Part shown: positions 1-9,601 of the stretch, one piece after another
Position numbering within the stretch: position 1 is the first letter of the stretch
Layout: each line of letters begins with the position of its first letter
DNA from: an uncultured Pseudohongiella sp.
Lineage (GTDB): Bacteria; Pseudomonadota; Gammaproteobacteria; Pseudomonadales; Pseudohongiellaceae
DNA length: 64,000 nucleotides
Assembly: GCA_965227635.1 (NCBI GenBank)
Contig: OZ245763.1
Coordinates: 1,854,896-1,918,895 of the forward strand
Direction: 5' to 3'
Position numbers and translations under genes: made by a program
Notes under the pieces: generated by a model
What the model was told of the DNA's origin: nothing
Seen by the model: the letters and a program-made list of their open reading frames with translations, nothing else
The model's database searches: none

Positions 1-659
1 TTTACCTCTTTGACAAACGCATCATGTGGCACATCAAGGTAGGTAATATCGCGGCCAAGTGCCGCCGAAAGGTCTGCGGCGATATCTGCGAAACCCATAA
101 GACGCGGGCCAGTCACTTCATATACCTGACCATTGTGCCCATCCTGGGAGAGAGCCACGGTGGCTACTTCCGAGATGTCATCGACATCCACGAATGGTTC
201 GAGGGTGTCACCTGCGGGAACTGTGATTTGTCCATCGAGCACCATGTCGATAAATGCACCTTCGGAAAAGTTCTGGAAGAACCAGCTTGATCGAACAACA
301 GTCCACTCCAGGCCACTGTTGATCACGATTTGCTCGCAAGCCTGGGCTTCTTCCTCGCCTCTGCCGGACAGCACAACCAGCCTTTTCACGCCCTTGGCCA
401 CGGCCAGGTTAACGAAGGCTTGAATGGTGTCGGTTGCGCCCGGCATAGCCAGATCAGGTGCATAACTGATATAGACCGCTTCAACGTCTTGCAGGCACTC
501 AGCCCAATTGGAGTCGTTGTTCCAGTCAAAGGACGGCGTGGAAGCGCGCGAACCGACTCGCGTTGGGATGCCCATGCTTCTGAGGTTTTTTACGATTCGA
601 CGACCGGTCTTGCCTGTGCCGCCAGTGACTAATGTGTATTTTTGATCAGCGTTGTTCAT
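1..659 (-). CDS. NmrA-like / atypical SDR NAD(P)-binding protein, C-terminus runs off the window start
   Basis: Absent from the ORF track because the window edge truncates it. The reverse strand from ATG at 659-657 reads MNNADQKYTLVTGGTGKTGRRIVKNL... (GxxGxxG Rossmann motif) and stays open to position 1. The + strand ORFs at 24-632 look like antisense shadows. Confidence 0.75.
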   Translation of the reverse strand, partial: MNNADQKYTLVTGGTGKTGRRIVKNLRSMGIPTRVGSRASTPSFDWNNDSNWAECLQDVEAVYISYAPDLAMPGATDTIQAFVNLAVAKGVKRLVVLSGRGEEEAQACEQIVINSGLEWTVVRSSWFFQNFSEGAFIDMVLDGQITVPAGDTLEPFVDVDDISEVATVALSQDGHNGQVYEVTGPRLMGFADIAADLSAALGRDITYLDVPHDAFVKEV

Positions 660-787
660 GCCTGTCTCCTGAATTGATTCTGTCGATTAATGAAGTCAGG
701 AGAGATGGTAGAGAGTTCTGTTGCATGACTATTGACAGCCAGTGCCATGTTTTTGGCCGAAGCTGCCAATTTTTTTGGCGGGGTCTA

Positions 788-1807
788 CTATGCCGGGCTC
801 GTGCGGGATTGGGCGGCGAGACGATAGGAACGTGGAGTCTGCCCAGCCCAGCGTTTGAACGCTCTGTTGAAGGAGCTCTGTTCCGAGAAGCCGGTGAGAA
901 AGGCGATGTTGCTAAGGGAATGTTGATTCTGCGTGAGCAACTGCTCCGCAAACTCCCGGCGTGCATCGTCTACCAGTCCTTGATAGGTGAGGCCTTGTTC
1001 GGAAAGCTTTCGTTGCAGGGTGCGACCGCTCATCGCCATCGCGCTGGCAATATCGCTGATGGCAGGGACTCCTTCACTGAGCGCCTTGGTGACCTGTTTC
1101 TTTACCTGTTTGGCCAGCGAATTTTCATCTTCAAATTGGCTAATTTCGGCTTCGAGCTGGGTCTCGAAATAGTGGGTGATTCCAGCATCACCCAGCTTGT
1201 TGGGTGCACGCATGGATTCTTCGGAGAGTAACAGGGCGTCGCGGTCAGCCTTGAAATGCACGGGGCATTCAAAGAAGTCTTCATGAGCTGCGATGTTTTC
1301 CGGCCCAGCGTGTTTAAAAAATATGCCATGCAGTTTTACTGGTTGTGTCGCTATCTCGCGACTAATCGTAAACATGCTGGCGATAGTAGCTTCATTGGAA
1401 AGCCGCAGGCCTAAATCGCGAGGCCCTTCGCGGTGAAGATGCACGAAGGCGCCATTATCCGCTGGTTCCACCGTATAGACCGACACACTGGTCATCACCC
1501 GCCAGTAGCGTTCTGCTCTGGTAAAGGAAGCCCGCAGATTGGATGCGGTTTTCCAGGCCAGGCCAAAGACTCCGTAGTCGTCACTCCGCATGGAATTGCC
1601 GGCGCGCAATGGCAGCGTGTGACCGGATTGTTCAGCTCTGGCGATACTCTCCAGAAACCCATAGTAATCACTGTCGCTGACCATGACTGATGGGTCGACT
1701 GGTGCTTCGGGATCGATTCCAATCGACGCCAGCAGTGCAGAGGTGTCGATGGCGCGCTCCGCGATGTCCGCAACTTTGTGCACGAAGAGTGAAGTGATCT
1801 GTCCCAT
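788..1807 (-). CDS. AraC-family transcriptional regulator
   Basis: 339-aa ORF. It has a C-terminal AraC-type dual HTH (LSNIAFLTGFSEQSSFNRAFKRWAGQTPRSYR) and an N-terminal effector-binding-type domain. Confidence 0.85.
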   Translation of the reverse strand: MGQITSLFVHKVADIAERAIDTSALLASIGIDPEAPVDPSVMVSDSDYYGFLESIARAEQSGHTLPLRAGNSMRSDDYGVFGLAWKTASNLRASFTRAERYWRVMTSVSVYTVEPADNGAFVHLHREGPRDLGLRLSNEATIASMFTISREIATQPVKLHGIFFKHAGPENIAAHEDFFECPVHFKADRDALLLSEESMRAPNKLGDAGITHYFETQLEAEISQFEDENSLAKQVKKQVTKALSEGVPAISDIASAMAMSGRTLQRKLSEQGLTYQGLVDDARREFAEQLLTQNQHSLSNIAFLTGFSEQSSFNRAFKRWAGQTPRSYRLAAQSRTSPA

Positions 1808-1941
1808 GGGTAAACAGGATTACACAGAGAGGTGCAAAATTCACTTCTGAGTTTACGAGTGCAAGAAAATTATCGAGGGCTTGAGGATGGCGTTAAGCGC
1901 CTTTCTAATAATCGCCCCTTTTCAGGGCATCGCGTTGAAAA

Positions 1942-2871
1942 CTATTGCCCGGTTTTGAGGAGTAAGCCCGACTGCAGCGCATTCTGCAAAAACTCCAGCA
2001 CAGCGACTTCCGGTGCAGTCGGTAGTGCGTAGGTCTGCTGCAGCAGGGAAATAATTTCCGGCACCGAATTATTGCCAGTACAAAGCTCCAGGATTACGAC
2101 CGCTGTCGGGTTTAGGCGCTGCTCTTCGGTAAGGCTGGGGCCGGTCACATAGAAGTAATCATCTTCTTCCTTCATCTCCAGGCCGGGTGACTTGCGTGGA
2201 AATTCGGGCAAGGGCTGGGCCGATCCGGCTGCACTACTTCTGAGGAACTCAAACTCATCATCCGGATGATAGCGTGGATACCACGCATAATTTTCATCGG
2301 GCTCCATCCAGTTTTCACCATAGAAGCAGGTGAGTACCTGGGAATAACCCTGTGGCACCCAGAATTCTTCCCCGTGAAACCCATGGCGAATCAGTGGCAA
2401 GACAGAGTCCGCCTGCAATTCACCCTTGATATCCGGGTAGTGGAAGTAGCGATTATCCCGCTGCCAGGTCGTCCATAGATCGAGGTTGAAAGCGGTGTGG
2501 CGTGCGGTTTCACCGGTATCCTCTCGAGAGAGTAACCTGACGTGAATCTGCCCCTTGGAATTCCGCGTTACGTTGAAATTATGTTCTTTCAGTACAGCAA
2601 CGATGTACTCGTGCTCTTCCAGGATTTCATAGTCCAGATATTTTTGCGACAGGTAGGCGATATCGACATCGGTGTCGAACGCGATGAAGTCATTCTGACG
2701 GATTGCCCCGAGCAGCGTGCCCCAGGTCAGGTAGAGTTGCAGGTCAAACTCTCGAGCAAACAGGTCCTCGAGGGTTTTCATGGACTGCACCAACAGGTCT
2801 AGCTGTGACTTGTCATAGTCAGTGAAGCTGGCGTGACCAGCAGTGAGATCCTTGTCTGCAGAGCTGGTCAT
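1942..2871 (-). CDS. LicD-family phosphotransferase fused to a C-terminal PqqD-like (RRE-type) domain
   Basis: LicD signature YLTWGTLLGAIRQNDFIAFDTDVDIAY (DxD) in the N-terminal two thirds. The last ~70 aa (RLNPTAVVILELCTGNNSVPEIISLLQQTYALP...VLEFLQNALQSGLL) match the PqqD peptide-chaperone pattern. Confidence 0.75.
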   Translation of the reverse strand: MTSSADKDLTAGHASFTDYDKSQLDLLVQSMKTLEDLFAREFDLQLYLTWGTLLGAIRQNDFIAFDTDVDIAYLSQKYLDYEILEEHEYIVAVLKEHNFNVTRNSKGQIHVRLLSREDTGETARHTAFNLDLWTTWQRDNRYFHYPDIKGELQADSVLPLIRHGFHGEEFWVPQGYSQVLTCFYGENWMEPDENYAWYPRYHPDDEFEFLRSSAAGSAQPLPEFPRKSPGLEMKEEDDYFYVTGPSLTEEQRLNPTAVVILELCTGNNSVPEIISLLQQTYALPTAPEVAVLEFLQNALQSGLLLKTGQ

Positions 2872-2922
2872 TTCGCGGAAGGATAGGCGGGTCTGATGGC
2901 AAGTCAGGGGTCGGGAAAAACG

Positions 2923-3240
2923 TCAGGACTGCTTGTTCTTCCTGCGTCTGGCCTCCAGGGCCATTGATGCCAGACCCAATCCAAGTAGTGTGACAACAGC
3001 CGGTTCGGGTACGGATGCTGCAGAGGATTGTTCGCTTGCGGACCCGCTTGAAGATTGGGAGCCTTGACTTTGAGATTGGGCGTGTACTTTGCGCGCCGTT
3101 ATCGTCTCTACTCCAAGCGCGAGAGGGACAGCAAACGCTGAGGCCTTGATAGTCCTGGCGACAAATTCTCTGCGTGAAGTATCAACTGAAGACTCAATAG
3201 TCTTGGCTTTGTCTGGTGTTACGTCGAGTTTCTTCTGCAT
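2923..3240 (-). CDS. Small Tat-signal / Ser-rich / PEP-CTERM protein
   Basis: SRREFV twin-arginine motif plus a hydrophobic stretch. Then a low-complexity linker SQSQGSQSSSGSASEQSSAAS, then VPEP + TM + RRRKNK (PEP-CTERM sorting signal). I prefer the start at 3240 (MQKKL); the track start 3288 is possible. Confidence 0.7.
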   Translation of the reverse strand: MQKKLDVTPDKAKTIESSVDTSRREFVARTIKASAFAVPLALGVETITARKVHAQSQSQGSQSSSGSASEQSSAASVPEPAVVTLLGLGLASMALEARRRKNKQS

Positions 3241-3463
3241 CGGACATCTCTCGTGATAGGCGGAAAGGTCAATCCAAATTTGCTGCAATATATGTACCGC
3301 TGCAATGGGGATGATAGTTTTTTCATTAATTTCAGCGGGTTAGCAGTTACAACGAGATTCTGATTTTCTGGCGTATGGCCAATCTGTAATTTTTTCTGAC
3401 AAATCGTCTGCTTACTCAGATAATCGTGTAAAGTTTTTCAACGCAACTCAAGGCGCTCAAATT

Positions 3464-3847
3464 ATGCCGCAGCAGAAAAGAATTATGGTAGATATGTCGG
3501 TCAGTCTGCTGCATCACGGCCATGTCAGGATCCTCAAAGCTGCCAGCGAATTGGGTAAAGTCATTGTTGCGCTGACCACTGACGAAGAGCTGAAGAAAAA
3601 GAAAGGCTATGTTCCCGAGCTGGACTACGCTGCCCGAAAAGAAATTCTGGAAGCCATTCGCTATGTCGACGAAGTCGTGCCTTCGAATTGGCTAATCGAT
3701 GACGACTTTCTTGCGCGTCATGGCATCGATCTGCTGGTACACGGGAGTGACAACAGCAACCCTGTGGCCAAGGACAAGTTGGTCATCTTGCCGCGAACGG
3801 AAGGTATTAGTAGCGAGGATATTCGCCGGGCAATTCGCAATAGCTAG
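3464..3847 (+). CDS. Cytidylyltransferase, TagD-like (glycerol-3-phosphate or phospho-alcohol cytidylyltransferase)
   Basis: 127 aa. It carries the HxGH motif (LLHHGHVRIL), RYVDEVVP and LPRTEGISSEDI blocks typical of the TagD/CCT cytidylyltransferase family. Confidence 0.8.
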   Translation: MPQQKRIMVDMSVSLLHHGHVRILKAASELGKVIVALTTDEELKKKKGYVPELDYAARKEILEAIRYVDEVVPSNWLIDDDFLARHGIDLLVHGSDNSNPVAKDKLVILPRTEGISSEDIRRAIRNS

Positions 3848-5151
3848 ATGGCTTGAGCGACAGGTGAATCAGCGCCCGTCTGCTCCACGTCGAGCTGCCT
3901 GTGGAAGTAGGCCATGGCGACGAGCGTGAGTGCCAGCCCGAGACTGCCGATCACATAGCTTCCATGCAGGGTAAAGCTTACCCAGGATAACTCCGGTTGA
4001 AATGCAGACTTGTAGAGCAAGATCGAAACGGTGCCCAGGTATCCAAACGAGTCTGCCAGATAGATTAGAAAGCCAGCGTTGCCAAGGCTCCGGGTTGCTG
4101 CAATCAGGCGCTCGAACAGAATGCAGTTAAATGGCACATAGCTCATGTACAGGCCAACGGTAATTGCGACAAACCAGAACACGCCCTCGATATAACCCCG
4201 GTCAAAAAGCCAGGTGCCCAGCAAAACCGTAATGAATCCAACGCCAATGATCAGGTGATTCACCATCAAGGCAGTCGCGTTGTTTCGAATTTTCATCAGG
4301 CTGCCGAGCAGGAGGAGTATCAGCAAGGTAACCGGAATACTGGTGAGTAGAAAAATTTCCGGCGTGTCTCCATAGCCGAGCGCAGTCCAGATTTCAGCGG
4401 CGAAATTGTCCGAGAAATCTCGCAGTGCGGTGAGCAACATATAGCTGATAATAAGGACGGATAGTCCGACGCTATAGTCCCTGAAAAATTGCCAGCGTGC
4501 GGTCCCGTCTAGCGGAATGCGGGCCTGTCGTAGGGCGATGTCTTCCGTAGAAGGAGCAGGTAGCGTTCCCAGCAGGTAGATGCCGGCAAGAAACGGCGGC
4601 AGGAATAGCCCGCCAGTGACGAAAGGCATCCACATTTCGCCAACACCAGTATTGATCAACAGCCAACTTCCTACTGTTTTCACAAGACCTGAGCCAAGCA
4701 CGAAGGTTACGCACAGGATCGCGCCCGCTGCCTCGGTGATTTTCCTGCCTTCCAAAAAACTGAACACTAGCCCCCAAACCATTCCCAGCGGTAAGCCATT
4801 GGCGAATAGCGCCATAAACTTTAATTGTGCAGGTAACAGTGGCAGGCAGCCCAGTGCAAACCAGGCGAGCAGAATCAGGCCTATCAGAGTCAGTTTGCGC
4901 TTCTCAGGCTGCATTTCTGACACAACTTTAATGCCAATGAATTTAGACAGCGCGTAACCGGCAACCTGGGCTATAAGCAGCGTGGTTTTGAAATCCAGTC
5001 CTGAAACGGGACTCATGACCCCTTCGAATGTGGCAACAGTGAAGGGTCTGCGAAATGCATACATGCTGACATAAGTGATGAATGCAGACAGTCCTGCCAG
5101 CAGGATCAGGCGCATTGTGTCAGACGAAGCAGTAGCAGTGGGCCTATTCAT
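3844..5151 (-). CDS. Polytopic membrane protein, MFS-like (DUF5690-like)
   Basis: 435 aa with about 12 hydrophobic segments and a YAFRRPF motif near the N-terminus. The family assignment is from memory only. Confidence 0.6.
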   Translation of the reverse strand: MNRPTATASSDTMRLILLAGLSAFITYVSMYAFRRPFTVATFEGVMSPVSGLDFKTTLLIAQVAGYALSKFIGIKVVSEMQPEKRKLTLIGLILLAWFALGCLPLLPAQLKFMALFANGLPLGMVWGLVFSFLEGRKITEAAGAILCVTFVLGSGLVKTVGSWLLINTGVGEMWMPFVTGGLFLPPFLAGIYLLGTLPAPSTEDIALRQARIPLDGTARWQFFRDYSVGLSVLIISYMLLTALRDFSDNFAAEIWTALGYGDTPEIFLLTSIPVTLLILLLLGSLMKIRNNATALMVNHLIIGVGFITVLLGTWLFDRGYIEGVFWFVAITVGLYMSYVPFNCILFERLIAATRSLGNAGFLIYLADSFGYLGTVSILLYKSAFQPELSWVSFTLHGSYVIGSLGLALTLVAMAYFHRQLDVEQTGADSPVAQAI

Positions 5152-5533
5152 GAAAGTTATGAGGGGGCGCTATTAAAAATGACGTAACAACTATTGAGGG
5201 CTGCTGGGTTTTCTGACTTTTAAAAAGCCACTGGGCAATGGCGGCCCTAAACGTTTTTATTTTTCCGTGGCGGAGCGTTACCAGCAATAGCCGCGTGAAT
5301 TCGCAGGTTGAACCATAGCATAACGAAAGCTGTCGTGCCCTGAGTGACAAGCCTCTCAATCGTGATATGGGTATAGGTTGAGAGTCTGAAGCAAAAATGA
5401 AGGCGGCACCACGAAGAGGGTTAAACTTAGCGCGGCAGCGTGTCAGGAGCGTTTCCAGTACGGACTTTTAGTCAATCAGTCCGCTACTCGACCAGCCACA
5501 TATCTTCGATGTGGAGTGAAATTTTGCGAGGGC

Positions 5534-6295
5534 TTAACTGTTTTTGCGCCGCGAATTCGTGAGGCCCAGTCCGATCAAACCAATTGCCAGCAGGATCAGA
5601 ATCGTGGGCTCTGGAACACTGGTGCTTACTGCGATCGTAAAAGTGTCAAGCTCATAATCCAAGACGGAGTTAAGCCCAGCGCCTCGAGATCTGATGGCGA
5701 AATGGCCTACGCCAAAATCGTTCGCAGAATCACCGGCAGTCCAGCTAAAAACCTGGTCCAAATCCAGTGAAGCGATAATATTGTCCAGATAAGAATAGAG
5801 ATGGAGCTGACTGTAGGCTTCGTCGCCTCCACCGAGGTCTATTTTGTCTTCAATGAAGTAGCTATCGAGCCCGCCTAGCCCATCTCCGGCGCCGTACTCA
5901 TTCTGGATGAGTATTTCATCCGGTGTTGCGCTGGCTACCGGGAAAATATCATCAGGCGTCAGGCTGAGAGTCACTCCACCCTTGCTCACCACCGTCGTTG
6001 AAGAAACCCATTTAATTCCTGGCAGGTGTCGCAGGCTGGCGGGGTGAGAATCGAGATCTGCGCCGCTGTCGTCCGTGTCGAATGTGAATTCGGTGACAAT
6101 CGATGCGCCTGTCATGGTATTGGCGCCAGTGCCCAATCCGAAATAGTTGGTGCTGTCATCACTTGAATAAACAGTACCGGTAGCCGAGATCGTAATTGGC
6201 GTGGCATTTGCCACGGCGGGGAACAGGATCAAGCAGGCTGCGGAAAAAACGGCAGCTTTACAACGTGTAAGCCATGGATTGGAACTTTTGTTCAA
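5534..6295 (-). CDS. PEP-CTERM sorting-domain secreted protein
   Basis: N-terminal signal peptide. The C-terminus is VPEPTILILLAIGLIGLGLTNSRRKNS. Confidence 0.8.
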   Translation of the reverse strand: MNKSSNPWLTRCKAAVFSAACLILFPAVANATPITISATGTVYSSDDSTNYFGLGTGANTMTGASIVTEFTFDTDDSGADLDSHPASLRHLPGIKWVSSTTVVSKGGVTLSLTPDDIFPVASATPDEILIQNEYGAGDGLGGLDSYFIEDKIDLGGGDEAYSQLHLYSYLDNIIASLDLDQVFSWTAGDSANDFGVGHFAIRSRGAGLNSVLDYELDTFTIAVSTSVPEPTILILLAIGLIGLGLTNSRRKNS

Positions 6296-6343
6296 GGAGT
6301 TGTCTCCAGCACTAACAAGGGGCTTATTCCCCCTATAAATTAC

Positions 6344-6358
6344 GCAATTTTCACGCCA
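6344..6358 (-). promoter_or_regulatory. Candidate sigma-54 (-24/-12) promoter for the PEP-CTERM gene 5534-6295
   Basis: The reverse strand reads TGGCGTG-AAAA-TTGCG. The GG and GC spacing matches TGGCACG-N4-TTGCW. The -12 element lies about 50 nt upstream of the ATG. Confidence 0.45.
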
Positions 6359-6612
6359 ATAGTTATTTTTCTATAAATCAATGACTTAGCCTATGGGGTC
6401 TGGACGAATTGTAAAGAAGGCTGACAAATTCGCAGATTGGATGACTAAAGTATTTACACTGTTAATACCTGGAAGCCTGTTTCGGGTCTGGATTGAATCA
6501 CCGGGGACGTGGAATCCGTTTGAATCCGGCTGCATCGGACAGACAGGTGCGCTACCGGAAGTTTGGCTCACCCGCTGTCATTGCCAGAGTCGAGAAACTT
6601 TCGGTTAGCCAC

Positions 6613-6640
6613 AAAAAAGCCCCGCATTGCGGGGCTTTTT
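6613..6640. terminator. Bidirectional rho-independent terminator
   Basis: AAAAAA-GCCCCGC-ATT-GCGGGGC-TTTTT. This is a 7-bp GC stem flanked by A and T runs, just downstream of the stop of 6663-7319. Confidence 0.8.
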
Positions 6641-6662
6641 AGAAGAACAGATTGAGGTGATA

Positions 6663-7319
6663 TCAGGCGATTCGCTTGCGTCTGCTGCGCAGGGCCAGAC
6701 CAGTCAGTCCGAATCCAAGAAGCATCAGAATTGATGGTTCCGGCACGGATACATTCACTTCCTGTGCTTCGAAAGCGAACAGGCGAGCCTCAAGTTCGTT
6801 GAAGATAAATCCCTGGCCAAAGCCTCCCGCTGCAATAACGGTCTGAGTGGAGTTCAGTACTGGTGCACCCCATGTCAGGCTGGAAAAGGCTGCCTGTACT
6901 TCTGACAGAAGCGGGCTGTAGCTGGCATTTTCTACCGGATTGTTGCTGAAGTAAGTTGAGGGGTACCCCGACAGGAAACCTGAGAGATCTGAACTCATGA
7001 GCACTGAAACTGAAGAGTCAGTCATGTTCACGCCATTGACGATTCCGCTGATGTTCTCTTCGTCACCACCGCCGCCCATACCAAGGACATAAAAAGTGTT
7101 GTCACCTGCGGCAAGATTGAATGAAAGCTGGGATACAGCATCGACCTGGTCATACCAATTCGCAGTGTTTTGGTAGAGGAGGTTGTTGATGCTGGTGGAA
7201 GTTCCACTAAAAATCGCGAAATCGTTGTCCGCCACCATTTCGATGCTGAAGGGCGAAGCAGAAACTGATCCGGCTGTAAAAACACTGAACAGTAACGCTG
7301 TGAGAGAGATCTTTTTCAT
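6663..7319 (-). CDS. PEP-CTERM sorting-domain secreted protein
   Basis: Signal peptide MKKISLTALLFSVFTAGSVSA. C-terminal VPEPSILMLLGFGLTGLALRSRRKRIA. Confidence 0.85.
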   Translation of the reverse strand: MKKISLTALLFSVFTAGSVSASPFSIEMVADNDFAIFSGTSTSINNLLYQNTANWYDQVDAVSQLSFNLAAGDNTFYVLGMGGGGDEENISGIVNGVNMTDSSVSVLMSSDLSGFLSGYPSTYFSNNPVENASYSPLLSEVQAAFSSLTWGAPVLNSTQTVIAAGGFGQGFIFNELEARLFAFEAQEVNVSVPEPSILMLLGFGLTGLALRSRRKRIA

Positions 7320-7999
7320 GTTTGCTCCTGAAAAACCCCGGTTAACTACTTGATTTTGGGATCAATTCGGGCCGATAAACGAAACCCGACGACGATGACG
7401 AATGAGCAATCTGTGTGCCAATAATTTCAGTTAATGTAACACGTTGATATTGTTGAAAATATTGAATTTGGCGAGACCCACAGAGATGCCGGAGTTGTAA
7501 ATTTTTTTGACACTCGGCAGGAAAAATCGACTAATTCCTCAAACCCGTTGCACATTTTCATGGCGAGACAACAAGAAAGCTTTATCGAAGATGGACAGCT
7601 AACACGGAGAGACACGCGCGTGCGGGAAGCGGATTCTGCAGGTGAAAACCTCGCCCCAAACCAGCATTTGGTGGCTTGGCAGGATCTGCCATTTGCCGTC
7701 TGCATAATTCTTAGGTGCAGAAACCTCCTGTAAACCACACCGTATTGTAAGCTTTCTTGACGCCTATTCAGGGCAATCTGTCCATTTGGTTAACAAAATG
7801 GCCCTTTCAGGAAATCTGCGGCCCCGTAAATCATTGAAAATACGGCATTTCTAATTTCGGTGTAATTCTTGCGTCCAAATCGAGAACCGATGTGTTCATC
7901 GGTCCCGCAATGGCAGGGCGTTGCCAGGCGGTAATAAAAGTAAAACAAATGAATAGAAGTCCGTATCGCAGAGCGCCGCTCTGATGGAGAACAAACTCA

Positions 8000-8908
8000 A
8001 TGTCTGCCTTCTTGAAATCAATTCGTCTGGGTGTAGCCGCTCTTATACTCAGTGTGTATGCAGTTAGTGCCAATGCCGGGTCGATTCTTTTCGCCCATGT
8101 GGCCGATTACAGCCCTTATGTAAATGATGGCAACGCCATCGCGGGTTACCTGAGTAACGCCGGTCACACTGTGACCACCCGTTATCTCAATCAGGCAGTC
8201 TGGAATGACTACGACAGCTTTGATCAGGTATTCGTTTACGACTTGTCTCACCTAGCCGACCTAAGCAGCAATCAAGTCGCTAACTACAACAACATAGGCA
8301 ACTGGTACAACGGGCTCGATAACAAGAACCTGATTCTCGATGGTCGAATTATTTCTTCTGCTCCCAGCTGGACACCCAGTTCAATGCCCAGCGAAGAAGC
8401 GTGGATACAAAACTATGCGACTCAGTTGCAGTTGCGTGGCGGCGGCCTGGTACTGGGCACAGACCACAACGCTTATCACAGCGGCATCAACACGATTAAT
8501 AATGTTATCAACGTGAATCCTTTTTATGGATACATTAATCAGTATCCCTATCAGGCATTCGTTGACCCCAACTCGCCTCTGGCCATCCCGGGTCTTGCTA
8601 CCTGCCTCACTGATCCATCACAGATCTGCATTAACGACAACTCGTCTACCGGCATCGTGGCGACCAACCTGCAACCAAACGGGCAGCTTCTCACGCCAGT
8701 TGCCTATCACGGAACGGGCACCAGCCAGGCCTGGGATCAGGCTGCAGTCTCAACGACTATGGGCAGCATCACTTTCGGCACCTGTGGCGGAGCCGGTCAG
8801 CCTGCATGCTCAGTTCCTGAGCCATCTTCGCCTATTTTGTTCGGTCTTGGTTTGTTGATGCTTGGCTTGCAGAAGCGACGGGGTTGGAAATCTAGAGCGA
8901 CAAATTGA
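8000..8908 (+). CDS. PEP-CTERM sorting-domain secreted protein
   Basis: Signal peptide. C-terminal VPEPSSPILFGLGLLMLGLQKRRGW. Confidence 0.8.
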   Translation: MSAFLKSIRLGVAALILSVYAVSANAGSILFAHVADYSPYVNDGNAIAGYLSNAGHTVTTRYLNQAVWNDYDSFDQVFVYDLSHLADLSSNQVANYNNIGNWYNGLDNKNLILDGRIISSAPSWTPSSMPSEEAWIQNYATQLQLRGGGLVLGTDHNAYHSGINTINNVINVNPFYGYINQYPYQAFVDPNSPLAIPGLATCLTDPSQICINDNSSTGIVATNLQPNGQLLTPVAYHGTGTSQAWDQAAVSTTMGSITFGTCGGAGQPACSVPEPSSPILFGLGLLMLGLQKRRGWKSRATN

Positions 8909-9601
8909 TGCAAGAGCATAATCGATTTCTAAAATAGGAAGGTGGGGTGAGGGAATGATCCAGTAGGGGATTCTGCGATTTTGGCAGTGGCCCTTTTGTA
9001 CTATTCCGTTGCCTTGCCTGGCATTCGTAATATGTTGGATACGCTTGCCTATCGCTTTTGCTATTGATGGTGGTGCTACTTAACCAGTCTAGCAGAGTGC
9101 CGTATTCCTCCCGAAAAAGTTGTAGTCCTCTGGATTGGTTCGATGTTTCTCTGCTATGCCATCTTCTATCGGTAGTGGCGATTCGGGCTCACTGGTAAGC
9201 GCAAGTTTTCGAGCCCGCTACGCGTAAAGTTCTGAGAAGGTCAAATATTCGGGATCTGCTGCCCAGGGTAGCGCTAGCTGGAGATGCATCGAGGAATGAC
9301 GGGCATGAGCCACAGGCCACAAAACTGCTCGTTGAAGCGCTAACCAGCAGGTGGGTGGTAGTCAACGGCAACTCTCAGTAATTTCCTATTTTTATCAATG
9401 CGCCGCAGTCTGTAGGCATGGGGTGCCAGGCTGTGTGTGTTTATTCGCCCGACTGTTGGCGGTGTTGAAAGATTTTTGCGGAAACTCCAGTCTAATCTAG
9501 TACAATTCACGTAAGATGTATTTGAGACCTGCGCTAGTTAACTCGAGGTCGGGTGAAATGAATTAAATACCCGGCTTGATGCAAAACTAAACTGAATACT
9601 C

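Noticed and set aside
5227-5233. A GCCACTG motif that recalls the cobalamin riboswitch.
   Set aside because: None of the other conserved B12-element blocks are present around it. The neighbouring genes are not B12-related.
7911-7925. A sigma-54-like TGGCAGG-GCG-TTGCC upstream of the PEP-CTERM gene at 8000.
   Set aside because: The spacer between the GG and GC elements is one nt too short for a functional -24/-12 promoter.
9464-9600. A CopR/CusR-type or MerR-type operator upstream of the first cop module.
   Set aside because: I found only weak candidates (GTACA-N6-GTAAG, and TTGAAA with a 20-nt spacer). There is no convincing dyad or direct repeat.
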